In this document: one piece after another, positions 23,440 through 35,008 of the stretch | Numbering within the stretch: position 1 is the stretch's first letter | Layout of the letters: each line of letters opens with the position of its first letter | DNA from: Octopus bimaculoides | Taxonomy: Eukaryota | Reading direction: 5' to 3' | Length of the DNA: 55,078 nt | Assembly: GCF_001194135.2 (NCBI RefSeq) | Contig: NC_068997.1 | Location: forward strand, 38,555,634-38,610,711 | Program-made: the position numbers and the translations under genes | Notes under the pieces: generated by a model | The model's database searches: none | Seen by the model: only the letters and a program-made list of their open reading frames with translations | What the model was told of the DNA's origin: nothing

Positions 23440-24900
23440 TTCATAACATTTCAGTTTGTTGTGTATCAGTTCATAGTATACATCCCTTGGATTTCCAAAA
23501 GTATATTAACATCTTCATCATTCTCTTAGTTCTGTTTCATTGTATCTAGTAATGGGGGAATAATGAATTACAGATGATATTATGAATCTGTTTTTTAGCA
23601 AAAACACCAGGTGTTAATTTAGCATCTGCCAGCATTCCAGTAAATGTGTCTCCTAAACACTGAAAACTACTATTTGAATAAGCCATAACATTCACAGAAT
23701 TTGTCACAAGGTCAAATTTAATGTGAAGTGGTGGAAGATATATTTTCTGAAGTTCAACCAGTGTTGATTGTGGCTCATTATATTTACCAACAACATCTCC
23801 TGTTTTAGATTACCAATCATATTCTATAGATATATTCTATATACTATAGATATTAAAAAAGTGTATATATCATGAGTAGCCCAATTGTAAACCAAGAAGC
23901 TATGATATAACTTTAAGGTGGTCGCAAATAATCCATGTGTGGCCCTTGTATTTCATAAGATTTAGCAGTAGATCCATAGATTCATATGTCACATTAAGGT
24001 TAGTGGCTTGTTCAGTTAGGCAACTTTATGATTCTCTGTACATATGTTAATGAAAAGTTTCCATGCTTTGAGATTATAGTCACAGCCACTCTTTTGCATC
24101 AGACCATTGGTAACACTGTAGAAACAAACTCTTTTAACCTGTAAATTAAATAATGATTTCATATAATAACAGCAGAAATAGAAAAAAGAATAACAGTTTT
24201 GCTGAAGAAGATTCCAGTCTTGAAGTCTAGAACCAAGCAACTTCACCTTTTTTTTTAATTCCAAACTGCACACCAAATTGTTTAGTTCTGTTTGACTTAG
24301 CTGATGTAGAGAAACCATCTGTGTCTGGAACATATGGGTTGGCTTTCTTATTCCTTATCACTGAGTATTCAGAACTGTTGTCTATGATCCTTTTTGGTGG
24401 AACTGTCAGTGAGACTGCTTCTTAAAATGGTTCCTGTTTTAAGGCTTTGGATTGTTGATTTCTTTTTGTAAAATAAGTCATCCTTGTACAAATATAAGTT
24501 ATTGCAGAAATTTGTAGGATCACCCCAAATCATTGAACAACACATAGTAATGTATACCACAAATAAATGATATCCAGTCCTGCTTATAGTCACCTACCTT
24601 ACAAGCAAAATAGTACTTTTAGGCAGGTTTCATCCTTGATGATGTTGCATTGTTGTTGCCCGGGTGTACATAATCCACATATATAGCAAAAGTTGCCTGG
24701 GGATTGACGCAATCATGTTTATTTGTTGTCACACGAGATCTACAAAGTTATTAGGATATGTCACTTGATATGTCCAACCTCTCACATAAAAAATAAAAAG
24801 AAGCAAGTTTATATATTGGCCTAAATGTACACTAAATAAGTAGAATTCGAATTCACAAAATCTAGAAGTGATAGAAAAAACCTGAAAAGAAAATTGAAAT
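23440..24900 (-). mobile_element. DNA transposon of the family with N-terminal C-x-N-x-P-x-x-FCYICG / GDQDKxW motifs, degenerate
   Basis: CVNP..FCYICG, YYFACKVGD..., MIWGDPTN, ELNNLVCSLEL...KLLGSRLQDWNLL, WKLFI; many frameshifts. Confidence 0.8.
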
Positions 24901-25084
24901 AAGCACAGAAAAATTACCCAGAACCACCCATTTGTGTTCCTGTGACAAAACCTTCATTACCTAGTGTTACTGTTTGCTTGAAGCAACAAAATAATACTGG
25001 CACAATGGATATGTATATCTAACTTAAATACAAAATAGAAGTGCTGGAAATACTGAGAAATTTAGATTTCTGAAGATGTTGTTC

Positions 25085-25305
25085 AGATAAATTGCTTTTA
25101 AATTTGAGCACAAGGCTATCAAGCCCAGAGGAGGGAGAAAGTCAATTCATCAACCCCAGTACTCAACTGGCACCTATTTTATTGACCCTGAAAGGATAAA
25201 AGGCTAAATCAACCTCAGGAGAATTTGAACTGAAAACGTAAAGATGAACAAAATGCCACTAAGCATTTTGCCTGGAAAGCTAATGATTCTGCCAGCTCGC
25301 CACTT
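25085..25305 (-). mobile_element. SINE family B
   Basis: Reverse complement of gcgagctggcagaatcattagc...aaaatgcttagtggc...ctttcagggtcaataaaat...gtactggggttgatg. Confidence 0.8.
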
Positions 25306-25789
25306 TGTCGACTTAGGTATGTTAACAAATGTTTAATTTCTATACTTCTTTTCAAATAAAGTGAGTAACTATCAATATGTACTCTTCATTTGGCAACATT
25401 GTTGTTGGACAGCAGCTACAAGTAGTAAGGGTACCTTCTTTTATTTGCTTATCAAAATGAAACTAGGTGACTATCAACTTAGAAAGATGCCAGACAGACT
25501 GACTTGGCATTACTAATAAGTAATTGCATTGTTGGAATAAGTCATGAATAAGTCACTGTTGCAATAAATTCCTAAAGTAATATGACTTTAATTTATTTAT
25601 GCTAGCACTATAGCAAGACGTATTTCATCAAATAGATTTCTTAACATTTTACTTATAACATTTAGATACGAAGAAACAGGAAAGGAGAGAAATAAGAAAG
25701 GAAAAGAAAGAAAAGGAAGAAAGGTGGTGGGAGTAAAGCAACATGATGGAGGTGACAGGGCGGTGGGCCACATATTCTAGAACAAATGG

Positions 25790-25990
25790 CATACTCAGCA
25801 GCGCCACGTGATAATGATTGTTATGGTGTTGCTACAAAGAATGGCCAGCAACACTCACTGCAGAAGTCCATTTCTCCTAAAGACCACTGTTACACCCAAT
25901 TTTACAGAGGAAATCAGTAGTACAGGTTCCTAGAACACCTGTTGTCTCAACAATGACTGGCACAAACTGATAATGGCTGGCCAGGACCCT
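25790..25990 (-). mobile_element. CRE-like (restriction-like endonuclease) LINE C-terminal fragment
   Basis: ASHYQFVPVIVETTGVLGTCTTDFLCKLG matches the F-V-P-x-x-x-E-T-x-G-x-x-G RLE segment. Confidence 0.6.
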
Positions 25991-26255
25991 GTATTTATTG
26001 ATTTTTCCCTCATAAGATCTCATTTTCTTTCAAGGATATGGCTACCTCACTATACAACATTATCATACTTCATGTCAGAAACCTTAGATTAATTAGTGGT
26101 TTAGATTAATTCATAGTATTTCATTTGGAAAGTCACTGTTCTAAGTTAAAATCCTGACATCACCAACTTAGATTTTCAATACCTTTGAGTAATAAAATAT
26201 TTCAATCACTCAATTGACTCTTTCCCTTGCAAAATCCTGTTTTATCGGAGCAAAC

Positions 26256-26420
26256 ATGGCTGTGTGGTAAGAAGTTTTGTTCACAACCATATGGTTTGGG
26301 GATTAGTCCCACTGCCTGACATCTTGGGTGAGTGTCTTCTACTATAGCCTCAGGGTAACCAAAGCCTTGTGAGTGGATTTGATAGACAGAAACTGTAAGA
26401 AGCCCATCATCATCATCATC

Positions 26421-26469
<49 letters not shown>

Positions 26470-26471
26470 CC

Positions 26472-26502
<31 letters not shown>

Positions 26503-27190
26503 CCATCATCATTTAACATCCGTCTTCCATGCAGGCATGGGTGGGACAGTTTGACAGTAGCTAGCCAAGCAGAAGTCTGCACCAGACTTCTGTGACTGTT
26601 TTGGCAGGATTTTTACAGCTGGATGCCCTTCTTAACACCAACCACCTAGTAGAGTAGACTTAGTGCTTTTTACGTGGCACGAGCACAGTTGAAGTCAATT
26701 TTGACAAGATTTTTACAACTGGATGCCCTTCTAAAAGCCAGCCAGTTTACAGTGTGGACTGGATGCTTTTTAAGTGGCATCTGTACTGACAGAGTCACCA
26801 AGTAACCTGCAAGACAAAAATCTTTTGAGAGGAGAGGGGCATTGAAGAAGGTGATCTTGTTGTGTCAGATGATGAAAGGTTATAGTGAGACAGAGACAGA
26901 AACAGGTGTCTTGCTGTAGAGGAGGTACAAGGTTACCTGACCAGAGAGAGAGGGGGGGAGATACATACACACACATGTGTGTGCGTGTGTGTGTCATTGT
27001 GTCTATGTTTGTCCCCCACCACCAACAGGTGTTGGTGTGTTTACATCCCTGTAACTTAGTGATTCAACAAAAGAGACTGATAAGAATAAGTACCATGCTT
27101 TAAAAAAAAGTGAGCACTTGGATCAGTCTGTCTGACTAAAATTCTTCAAGGCAGTGCCCCAGCATGGTCGCAGTCTGATGACTGAAGTAA
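26256..27190 (+). mobile_element. SINE family A split by minus-strand family C copies with a long (ATC)n tail
   Basis: 5' half 26256-26404; (ATC/ACC)n 26405-26511 plus family C to about 26800; 3' half 26990-27190. Confidence 0.75.
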
Positions 27191-28139
27191 GAGATATTTA
27201 ATAGATACGACTCATTTTTCCATCACCCACATTTCTACCACTCTCTCTTCTATCAATTCTATCATTCAATGATACAAGACCTGCCTAGTTTTTATTTCCT
27301 CTACCACCACTCTCATCACACAACCGTTCCATTCCATCTTGACATCTATGTATAGAAAACAATATTGGACCAGTTGTGCCCAGTACAATATTGGACAGTG
27401 CCCAAAACAATATTGGACCAGTTGTACCACCTCACCTCTCCTCTTATACCACCTCACCTCTCCTCTTATACTACCTGCTACCACCCTATTTCCCTTTGTG
27501 TTCCATCACACTCTTGCTTCTCATACTCATCCTGAATATTAGCCATTGCCCTCTTTTGGATCATAATCCCTTCTGTGATCACATTCTTCTTTTGGTCATA
27601 TTGTCTTGAATATACATATTATATATATATTTTCATGTCTTGAATATACATACATATATTTATGTACATATCACTCAACCCCTACTACACATCCTCCTTA
27701 TCACTTACCACTATCATTCAGCTATCTATTTTTCATGCCTCTCACTCTGTATAGAGGTTGGGGAGCAAGCATAATGGTGGAATCATAAGATCTCATTTTG
27801 TTTCAAGGACATGGCTAACTCACTAGTGGTAGCACTATGAATAATACACTCAGCACACTCTGTAAGGTGAAAGGTTGTGCGGACCTCTTAGCACTGTCAA
27901 GACAAAATATCTCAATAGTTCTGATGCTATGTAAAAGCATCCACTACACTCTGTAAATTGGTTAACGTTAGAAAGATCATTAGCCATAGAAACCAAGCCT
28001 AAAATAGAACACATGATGTAAGCACCATATATCCTGATACAAAGATATCTACCACATTATTCATATGCACTGGCATATTTTGCATCTATCTTGCTTGATT
28101 GCTTGTTTTATGCCCTTGCTTGATGGGACTGGGGTTATC

Positions 28140-28440
28140 CTAGGTTAGTGGTCCCAGAGACCTTATCATCCATAGAGCAAACGAAATCCACTAGTGCACT
28201 TCAACACTGGTCCTGTGCCAGCACCTCTACATCCTCCAAGGTGACGTCAAGCCTCTGGAGATCTTCCTCAATCACATCCAAGCATCTGGTGCACAGCCTA
28301 CCACGAGTCCTTTATTTGGTATCTATTTTGCACTTAAAACCATTAATCTACACCCCAATTTCATCTATATACTTCTTCCTCGTGTTTTAGCAAATATCCT
28401 AAATACATATACACCCACTTAAGCACTTACATGTATTCTG
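28140..28440 (-). mobile_element. LINE 3' coding end (RTE-like), degenerate
   Basis: RGRLCTRCLDVIEEDLQRLDVTLEDVEVLAQD, matching RGRPxxRWLDxIxED. Confidence 0.65.
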
Positions 28441-28899
28441 TTGTTCTTCAATCCAAGACCATCACTCAAAACCTATGCGTGCACACAGTTATTCTTATCT
28501 TCCCCACTTACACCTATGTCCAAATACTGGCATCTGCCAATTCTTACACCCACAATTATGTGTACCTGTACATATATACATCTATGTATGTCTTATAGGA
28601 AGGTATGAATCTCCATATACTTACCCCATGTAATCAAAAAGGAATGGCTTCAACAATGTTCTAGCCCTTTCCTGAATTATTTAAACAACTATATGGCAAA
28701 CTCAAACAATGTATACATTGTTCTATCCCTAATATATACATTCTTGCAGACAAAACAAAAATAGATGTGAAACAAAGATCTCCGTGCACAGAAGTCTTTA
28801 TACAATGACATAAACACTGAGTCAAAGTTGTTCATTTCTCCTCAAAATAGATCGTACGGACCCTTTCAGCATGCTCCCTATATCACGTCAAATGTCCAC

Positions 28900-31595
28900 G
28901 AGTCCAACTTTCTTTCTTTTATATACGTTGGATATACAGACTTCACGAAGCAGGGATAGACACAACTGTCTTCAAATGACACACTTCAAATTGCTCCACT
29001 AAACATGATACTCCAATGAATACAAACTCTCAACGATCTCTACGACTTTCTACGACTTTCACAAACTTTCAGCATCTCATACGACTTCCCCCATTTCAAC
29101 CAATACGCTACTCTTTATAAGATCCTTTGGCTCTCTCCATATCATAGGTATGAGCAGATGATGTGCAGGGCCCAACTCTTATCTTGATCCCCGAGAGAGC
29201 AGCCAAAGTATAACTGGTAGATCTTCTTGATTTCACTTGTGATAGCACGTTGCTGAGCTTTGGTGGTAAATGAACCACAGGCATGACAAAATATATCAGG
29301 ACTGTTCTTGCGATGCCTTGAAATTCTGATTAGAATTTGATGATGGTAATGACTTGGCACCTTAAATGGAAAATAAAATGTATGAAAAGAAAAGATTATG
29401 AAAACATAAAATTACAAAATGAATATAAATAGTTATAAAACAGAAGTCAGAATTTACCTGTATAAGGCGTTTACGTGTAGCGATACTGCTGATGGGAGTT
29501 ATATACCTCTCTTATTTCATCAGAAAAACTGTGCTGGATAGAAGGAAACCGATTATATTTTTTAAATCTGCAGACAAACTACATATAAAGCACCATATAA
29601 TATCCTTGATGAAAATTGGCTGTTGACCAGTGTTATTAATTTTTATGTACACAAACTTTCTCTTGTGAGCCTCGCCTAGACTTTCTGTTGAGAAAACCTT
29701 TCCAGAAACGTTTTTTCGTTCGTACTTTCTTTTATTCTGCAATGTGAGCTTTTATGTCCGATTTTTTTACAGTTAAAACATTTAAAATTTTTAAACGGAC
29801 AATTATTTTATAAAATGTAGACCTCTGCACCCATAGCATGGATTTGGTCTTGATCTTCGTTTTTCTTTTTCCTTATCCGTTACAGATCGACACACATGTA
29901 TGTGAGTGTAATCCTTTTCTTCAATTTTATTTGTATCATGTTGTAGATTAATAATTCTCTGACACTCCTCTGCCACTGCCTGCAGAGTCCTGTTCTAATT
30001 TTGTCAATATCCAGCCACGTATCTCTGCATCTTTGCTTGCAGTTAAACCTTGAAGAAAAATTAGACATTTGAACATGTCCGGGATTANNNNNNNNNNNNN
30101 NNNNNNNNNNNNNNNNNNNNNNNNNNNNNNNNNNNNNNNNNNNNNNNNNNNNNNNNNNNNNNNNNNNNNNNNNNNNNNNNNNNNNNNNNNNNNNNNNNNN
30201 NNNNNNNNNNNNNNNNNNNNNNNNNNNNNNNNNNNNNNNNNNNNNNNNNNNNNNNNNNNNNNNNNNNNNNNNNNNNNNNNNNNNNNNNNNNNNNNNNNNN
30301 NNNNNNNNNNNNNNNNNNNNNNNNNNNNNNNNNNNNNNNNNNNNNNNNNNNNNNNNNNNNNNNNNNNNNNNNNNNNNNNNNNNNNNNNNNNNNNNNNNNN
30401 NNNNNNNNNNNNNNNNNNNNNNNNNNNNNNNNNNNNNNNNNNNNNNNNNNNNNNNNNNNNNNNNNNNNNNNNNNNNNNNNNNNNNNNNNNNNNNNNNNNN
30501 NNNNNNNNNNNNNNNNNNNNNNNNNNNNNNNNNNNNNNNNNNNNNNNNNNNNNNNNNNNNNNNNNNNNNNNNNNNNNNNNNNNNNNNNNNNNNNNNNNNN
30601 NNNNNNNNNNNNNNNNNNNNNNNNNNNNNNNNNNNNNNNNNNNNNNNNNNNNNNNNNNNNNNNNNNNNNNNNNNNNNNNNNNNNNNNNNNNNNNNNNNNN
30701 NNNNNNNNNNNNNNNNNNNNNNNNNNNNNNNNNNNNNNNNNNNNNNNNNNNNNNNNNNNNNNNNNNNNNNNNNNNNNNNNNNNNNNNNNNNNNNNNNNNN
30801 NNNNNNNNNNNNNNNNNNNNNNNNNNNNNNNNNNNNNNNNNNNNNNNNCTAACCCTAGGGTTAGGGTTAAAGCAAATTTAAGATGAAAAAAGCAAATAAA
30901 ACGAAGGTATGGAGATTAAATACGCTTTACATCGCTTAATCAGCCAAAAGAGTAAATATAAACAACTGAATACTTGTCAGTGATTGGTTGAAATTATCGA
31001 AATAAGACAATTTTTTACATGAAATAAATTCGAATACAAAAATATTTTTCTGTTCTATAACACAAAATAGATAAGTATACGAAGTTTGAAAGTCTTTCCG
31101 TACCAAAAACATTACGTAAAACATTAATGAAAAATGTGGCCCCCGTTTTAAAATAGATCCGTATTTTGGGACTTCAACATTAATTCCAGTGGCTGTTGAC
31201 TTTGTTGTTGTTGTTGTTGTTGTTACTGCTGCTGCTGTTGTTGTAATTGCTGCTGTAACTGTTGTTGCTGTTGCAACTGCACCACTGAGGCTAATAAGTC
31301 TTCCATGTCAAGTAATTTTTCTTTGATTTTGCATCAAAAGAAAATATTAACGTCCGATGTAAGCTTCGAATAAACTCGTTGCCACTTTTATATCCTTCTA
31401 CACGCTGGATATACAGATTTCACGAGGTGAGGATAGATACAACTGTCTTCACACGACGTACTTCAAACTACTCCACTAAACACGATACTCCACTAAATAC
31501 AAACTCTCAACGACTTACTATGACTTCCACGAACTCTCAGCAACTCCTATGATTTCCCCATCTCAACCAATACGCTACTCTTTATAAGAGTTCAG
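28900..31595 (-). mobile_element. Ty3/Gypsy (K02A2.6-like) LTR retrotransposon, internally deleted, with two partial LTRs
   Basis: Direct repeats about 28905-29125 and 31390-31590. PBS-like TGGCAACGAG at 31384-31375. Gag start MEDLLASVVQLQQQ at 31306. Gag C-part GLTASKDAEIR...PCYGCRGLHF..CPFKNFKCFNCKKIGHKSSHC (two zinc knuckles) at about 30050-29720. Protease start RKFVYIKINN; pol is deleted. Confidence 0.82.
29130..29450 (-). mobile_element. Second fragment of the FCYICG/GDQDK DNA transposon family, inside the Gypsy relic
   Basis: KNSPDIFCHACGSFTTKAQQRAITSEIKKIYQLYFGCSLGDQDKSWALHIIC. Confidence 0.8.
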
Positions 31596-33553
31596 CTAGT
31601 CCATTCTTCCAATCCCACAGGGGTGTCAATGACTCTCGCCACATCACTTTCCAGTCCTAAATGCAGGTTGATCAGCTACTCAAAGAGAAAAATAGGCGCA
31701 TTCTCTATGTTAGTAAGTGTATTCTCGATGCTATCGATTTTCATATCAAAAGGGCTACAGGCTTGATTCTGTGGGTTGCGTCGCCACTGTAATTCACTTG
31801 TTCCACTGCATCGAAAATAAAGCAGCCAACATTCCATCCAGTTTGATACTATATATTTCTACCCTTTAATACTGAAATCATTTCCTCTTGAACACTCTAG
31901 ACTTCAGTAGATAATTGACTGCAGTATCATAATAATTCTGAATACTAAGAGATCACTTCTGTTTCACGATGATTCGCATGGGGGTAAAAGGTAAAAAGAA
32001 AGGCAGCCCATAGGTCGACATTTCCTTGAGGAGCTAGCTAGCTCTGAGTTATCTGGCATGTCTTAAAAAATGCACACCCACTTCACATCACAGTTCAACT
32101 ATATAAAGGGATGATGGCTTGGTAATCTCTTGTCATATGAACGCCTATGTTATGAATAAATTCAGGAAGAATTTTATAAATAGCTACAAAATATTCGATC
32201 CAATTATAACTGTTACCACCAACTCAACAAAGGTCGACTTTCTGGTCCTAAACCTCAAACGAAGAAGCACTACNNNNNNNNNNCACACACACACACAAAC
32301 AAACAAACTGCTTATATCCATAGCAACTTCAACCATCACAGCTGTAATTAGAAACCTAGTCACGCATATTAATAGAAGTATCTCCGATATATCGGCGGAC
32401 AGAGATCTTCAACAGGGCCGCATCTTCTTTTAAGGAGTGGTTTTACTTGTAAGTTAGTGCATATATTTCGTTTAATCCTTCGTTCAATTTAGATGTTTCC
32501 ACTAATGTAGATAGAAGCTTCATGACACTAATTAAATAACATTACCGGGGAGCACATAGATATCATTATCGTAAGTTCTTTAATGTCCATAACGTTAAAG
32601 TTAGATACTCATTCTTTGATAATATCGCTTCCAACATCAGACTTTACAGCTGAAACAAACACGTAACATCATAGTTTCCACATATAGCTACTGAAACTCT
32701 GCTAACTGTCCACTGAGAGGACCTTGCCCTCATACCATCCGATGGCATCACGAGTCACAACATGGGCATAATATCCAATAATTTCAAAGGAAAAAAATAC
32801 ATACACTTTCAAATTCAGGGAAAGAGAAACTCCAACTCCCTCTCCCGTTTCATCTGGAAACTTCAAAATCAAGGAAACGACTTCTCCAACATCATCATCC
32901 TAACTCACTAAGTTCATAATTTTCAAGTTTATCACCGCAAGAAACTGGATATATTGAAACAACCCGCTGTAACAATTAACTGGAAAATAGATCTATCCTT
33001 TGTTGTCACCAAATATACGCCGTATTAATGAACTTCAAACGACTGGCCAATAATTATTCATGAAGACCACCTTAACTTTAGCTGGCCCACACATCGTTGT
33101 TTGACCATAGTGAGATTATTTTCTCTTCCGCATTCTAACATAGTGGCCCACTATCAGCCGGTTATTGTATCATGCAGCCTTTCTGAATACAGAAATTGAC
33201 TTGTGACCTAACACCACATGATAGATAGCATTGCTAAAATGTCAAATACCAGAGACCACCGACTGCCTGATATCAACATCTTTTGTGGTCTACCACTTGA
33301 AATATGTAAAAAAATGAATTGTTGTCACAATTTAGAGTATCTACGAGATATAAGTTGAACACTGGAAGCCCAACTCTTCTCTTAAATATTTAGGTTTTCA
33401 TTAAAAAAAGTAGAAGTCACTCTTCACTCTCACTCCATACATCTCAACATATGGCTACGTACTACGCTAACAGTGAGTAAATCTGTTATTAAATAATTGT
33501 AACTTCAACTAGATGTTTTGAGTACTACTTTCTTTCGTCTGATCACCTACTCG

Positions 33554-33592
33554 CATACATACATACATACATACATACATACATACATACAT

Positions 33593-33623
<31 letters not shown>

Positions 33624-33705
33624 TACATACATACATACATACACACATACATACATACATACATACATACATACACACACACATACATACATACATACAT
33701 ACATA
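33554..33705. repeat. (TACA)n/(CA)n microsatellite, continued at 36045-36070 on the far side of the mariner
   Basis: Visible directly; the TA target duplication lies within it. Confidence 0.9.
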
Positions 33706-33740
33706 CGAGGTGGTATCAAAAGGTTTCGGACTAGTTATTA

Positions 33741-35008
33741 TTTATATATATATCATTCTTTGTCTGTCTGTTCCCTATGCATTCTCAAACGGCTCGACCA
33801 AATCAAATCAAATTTTACAAGGTAATGGTATCAGACTCCGTGAGTGTCAACATGCAATTTTTTTTCATTTGGATTAAAACAATATAACATTGGCACTGGT
33901 TCGGTATTAGGCATGCTGCAGCACGTCAGACGGAGTCTCAATACAGAAGGGAGATGAGACTTTCTCAAGATCAGCAAATGTATGCTACAGCACGTCAGAC
34001 GGAGTCTTAAGACAGAAACGAGATGAAGCTTTCTCAACATCAGCAAATGCATGCGGCAGCACATCAAATGGTCTCTCAAGACGGAAGCAAGATGAGACTT
34101 TCTCAAGATCAGCAAACGCATACTGCAGCACATCAAATGGAGTTTCAAAACGGAAGCGAGATGAGACTTTCCCAAGATCAGCAAAGGCATGCTGCAACAC
34201 AATGTTGGATCACTAAAACAACGTTTTAATGGTTTAGCAGAGATCCAATAGAACATCTCTCAGAAACTGACTATGTACAAATTCGTTTTTCACAACTCCT
34301 GGAGTTGCTTTCTGATATGATCCATCCCATTCTTATAAAAATGATAATTTTGTCTCAAATTGTCGTTTACGCAAAGCTTTAAAATTTCCAAATGAAACTA
34401 ATGGCATGTGCTGCTCAGGTGATAAGGTAAGATTGCCAGCACTACCAGCTCCTCCTCAACCTCTTATGGATCTTCTGGAAAGCACTTCCATCCAGTCAAA
34501 TGATTTTCTGAACAATATCAGACAATACATCATTTGGTGCATCTAAGGAGATAACTGAACATTGATTTACACCGACGTTCAAATTTTAAGGGCAAGTCTC
34601 TCACCTCATTGGTTCTCTGCTACCCACAACTGAACAACCACAGTTCCTCCAAATTTACTTTATGAGTGAAGTAAGACAACAAACCCGAAGGAGGTGTCAA
34701 AACTTCAGACGATGGGACGTATTAGACACAGCGCTGACTGCCGCAAAGGAGAGTATATCCACTAACAGCTTTTTGGTGCATTCAAAAATCACATACCACC
34801 ACCTCCAATTGTCCTTGACAGTTTAGGGTCTGGAATACTCCAAACGGACACATGGCATGTCGCTTAGTTGAATTAGCCCATCATTTACTTTACAAATGTT
34901 TTGTCGTCAATGCTGCACTTTCCCGTGTCACCTGTTTCAACATAACTATAATATATATACAATATATATGCCATTTTAATCCCGAGCAACGCCGGGTATC
35001 TCTGCTAG
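33741..35008 (+). mobile_element. Non-autonomous, internally deleted Helitron with STPR-like repeats
   Basis: Inserted between A33740 and T35009. 5' TT(TC)tatatata..tgtctgtctgttcc; 3' hairpin cccgagcaacgccggg (34981-34996) plus CTAG (35005-35008). Rep N-terminus ALKFPNETNGMCCSGDKVRLP...FLNNIRQY...GQVSHLIGSLLP...QFLQIYF. Confidence 0.9.
33911..34200 (+). repeat. Four-plus tandem 69-bp (23-aa) STPR-like coding repeats
   Basis: Unit gcatgctgcagcacgtcagacggagtctcaa...gagatgagactttctcaagatcagcaaat, reading ES Q.. EMRLSQDQQRHAAARQ. Confidence 0.85.

Noticed and set aside
26202-26582. Poly-Asp ORF (also 52054-52284)
   Set aside because: (GAT)n microsatellite tail of a retroposon, not a protein.
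30849-30868. Ancient telomere-telomere fusion site
   Set aside because: Only about three units are visible and the orientation is opposite to that produced by end fusion.
33509-33877. ORFs with MYVC/HTYI repeats
   Set aside because: Translations of the (TACA)n microsatellite.
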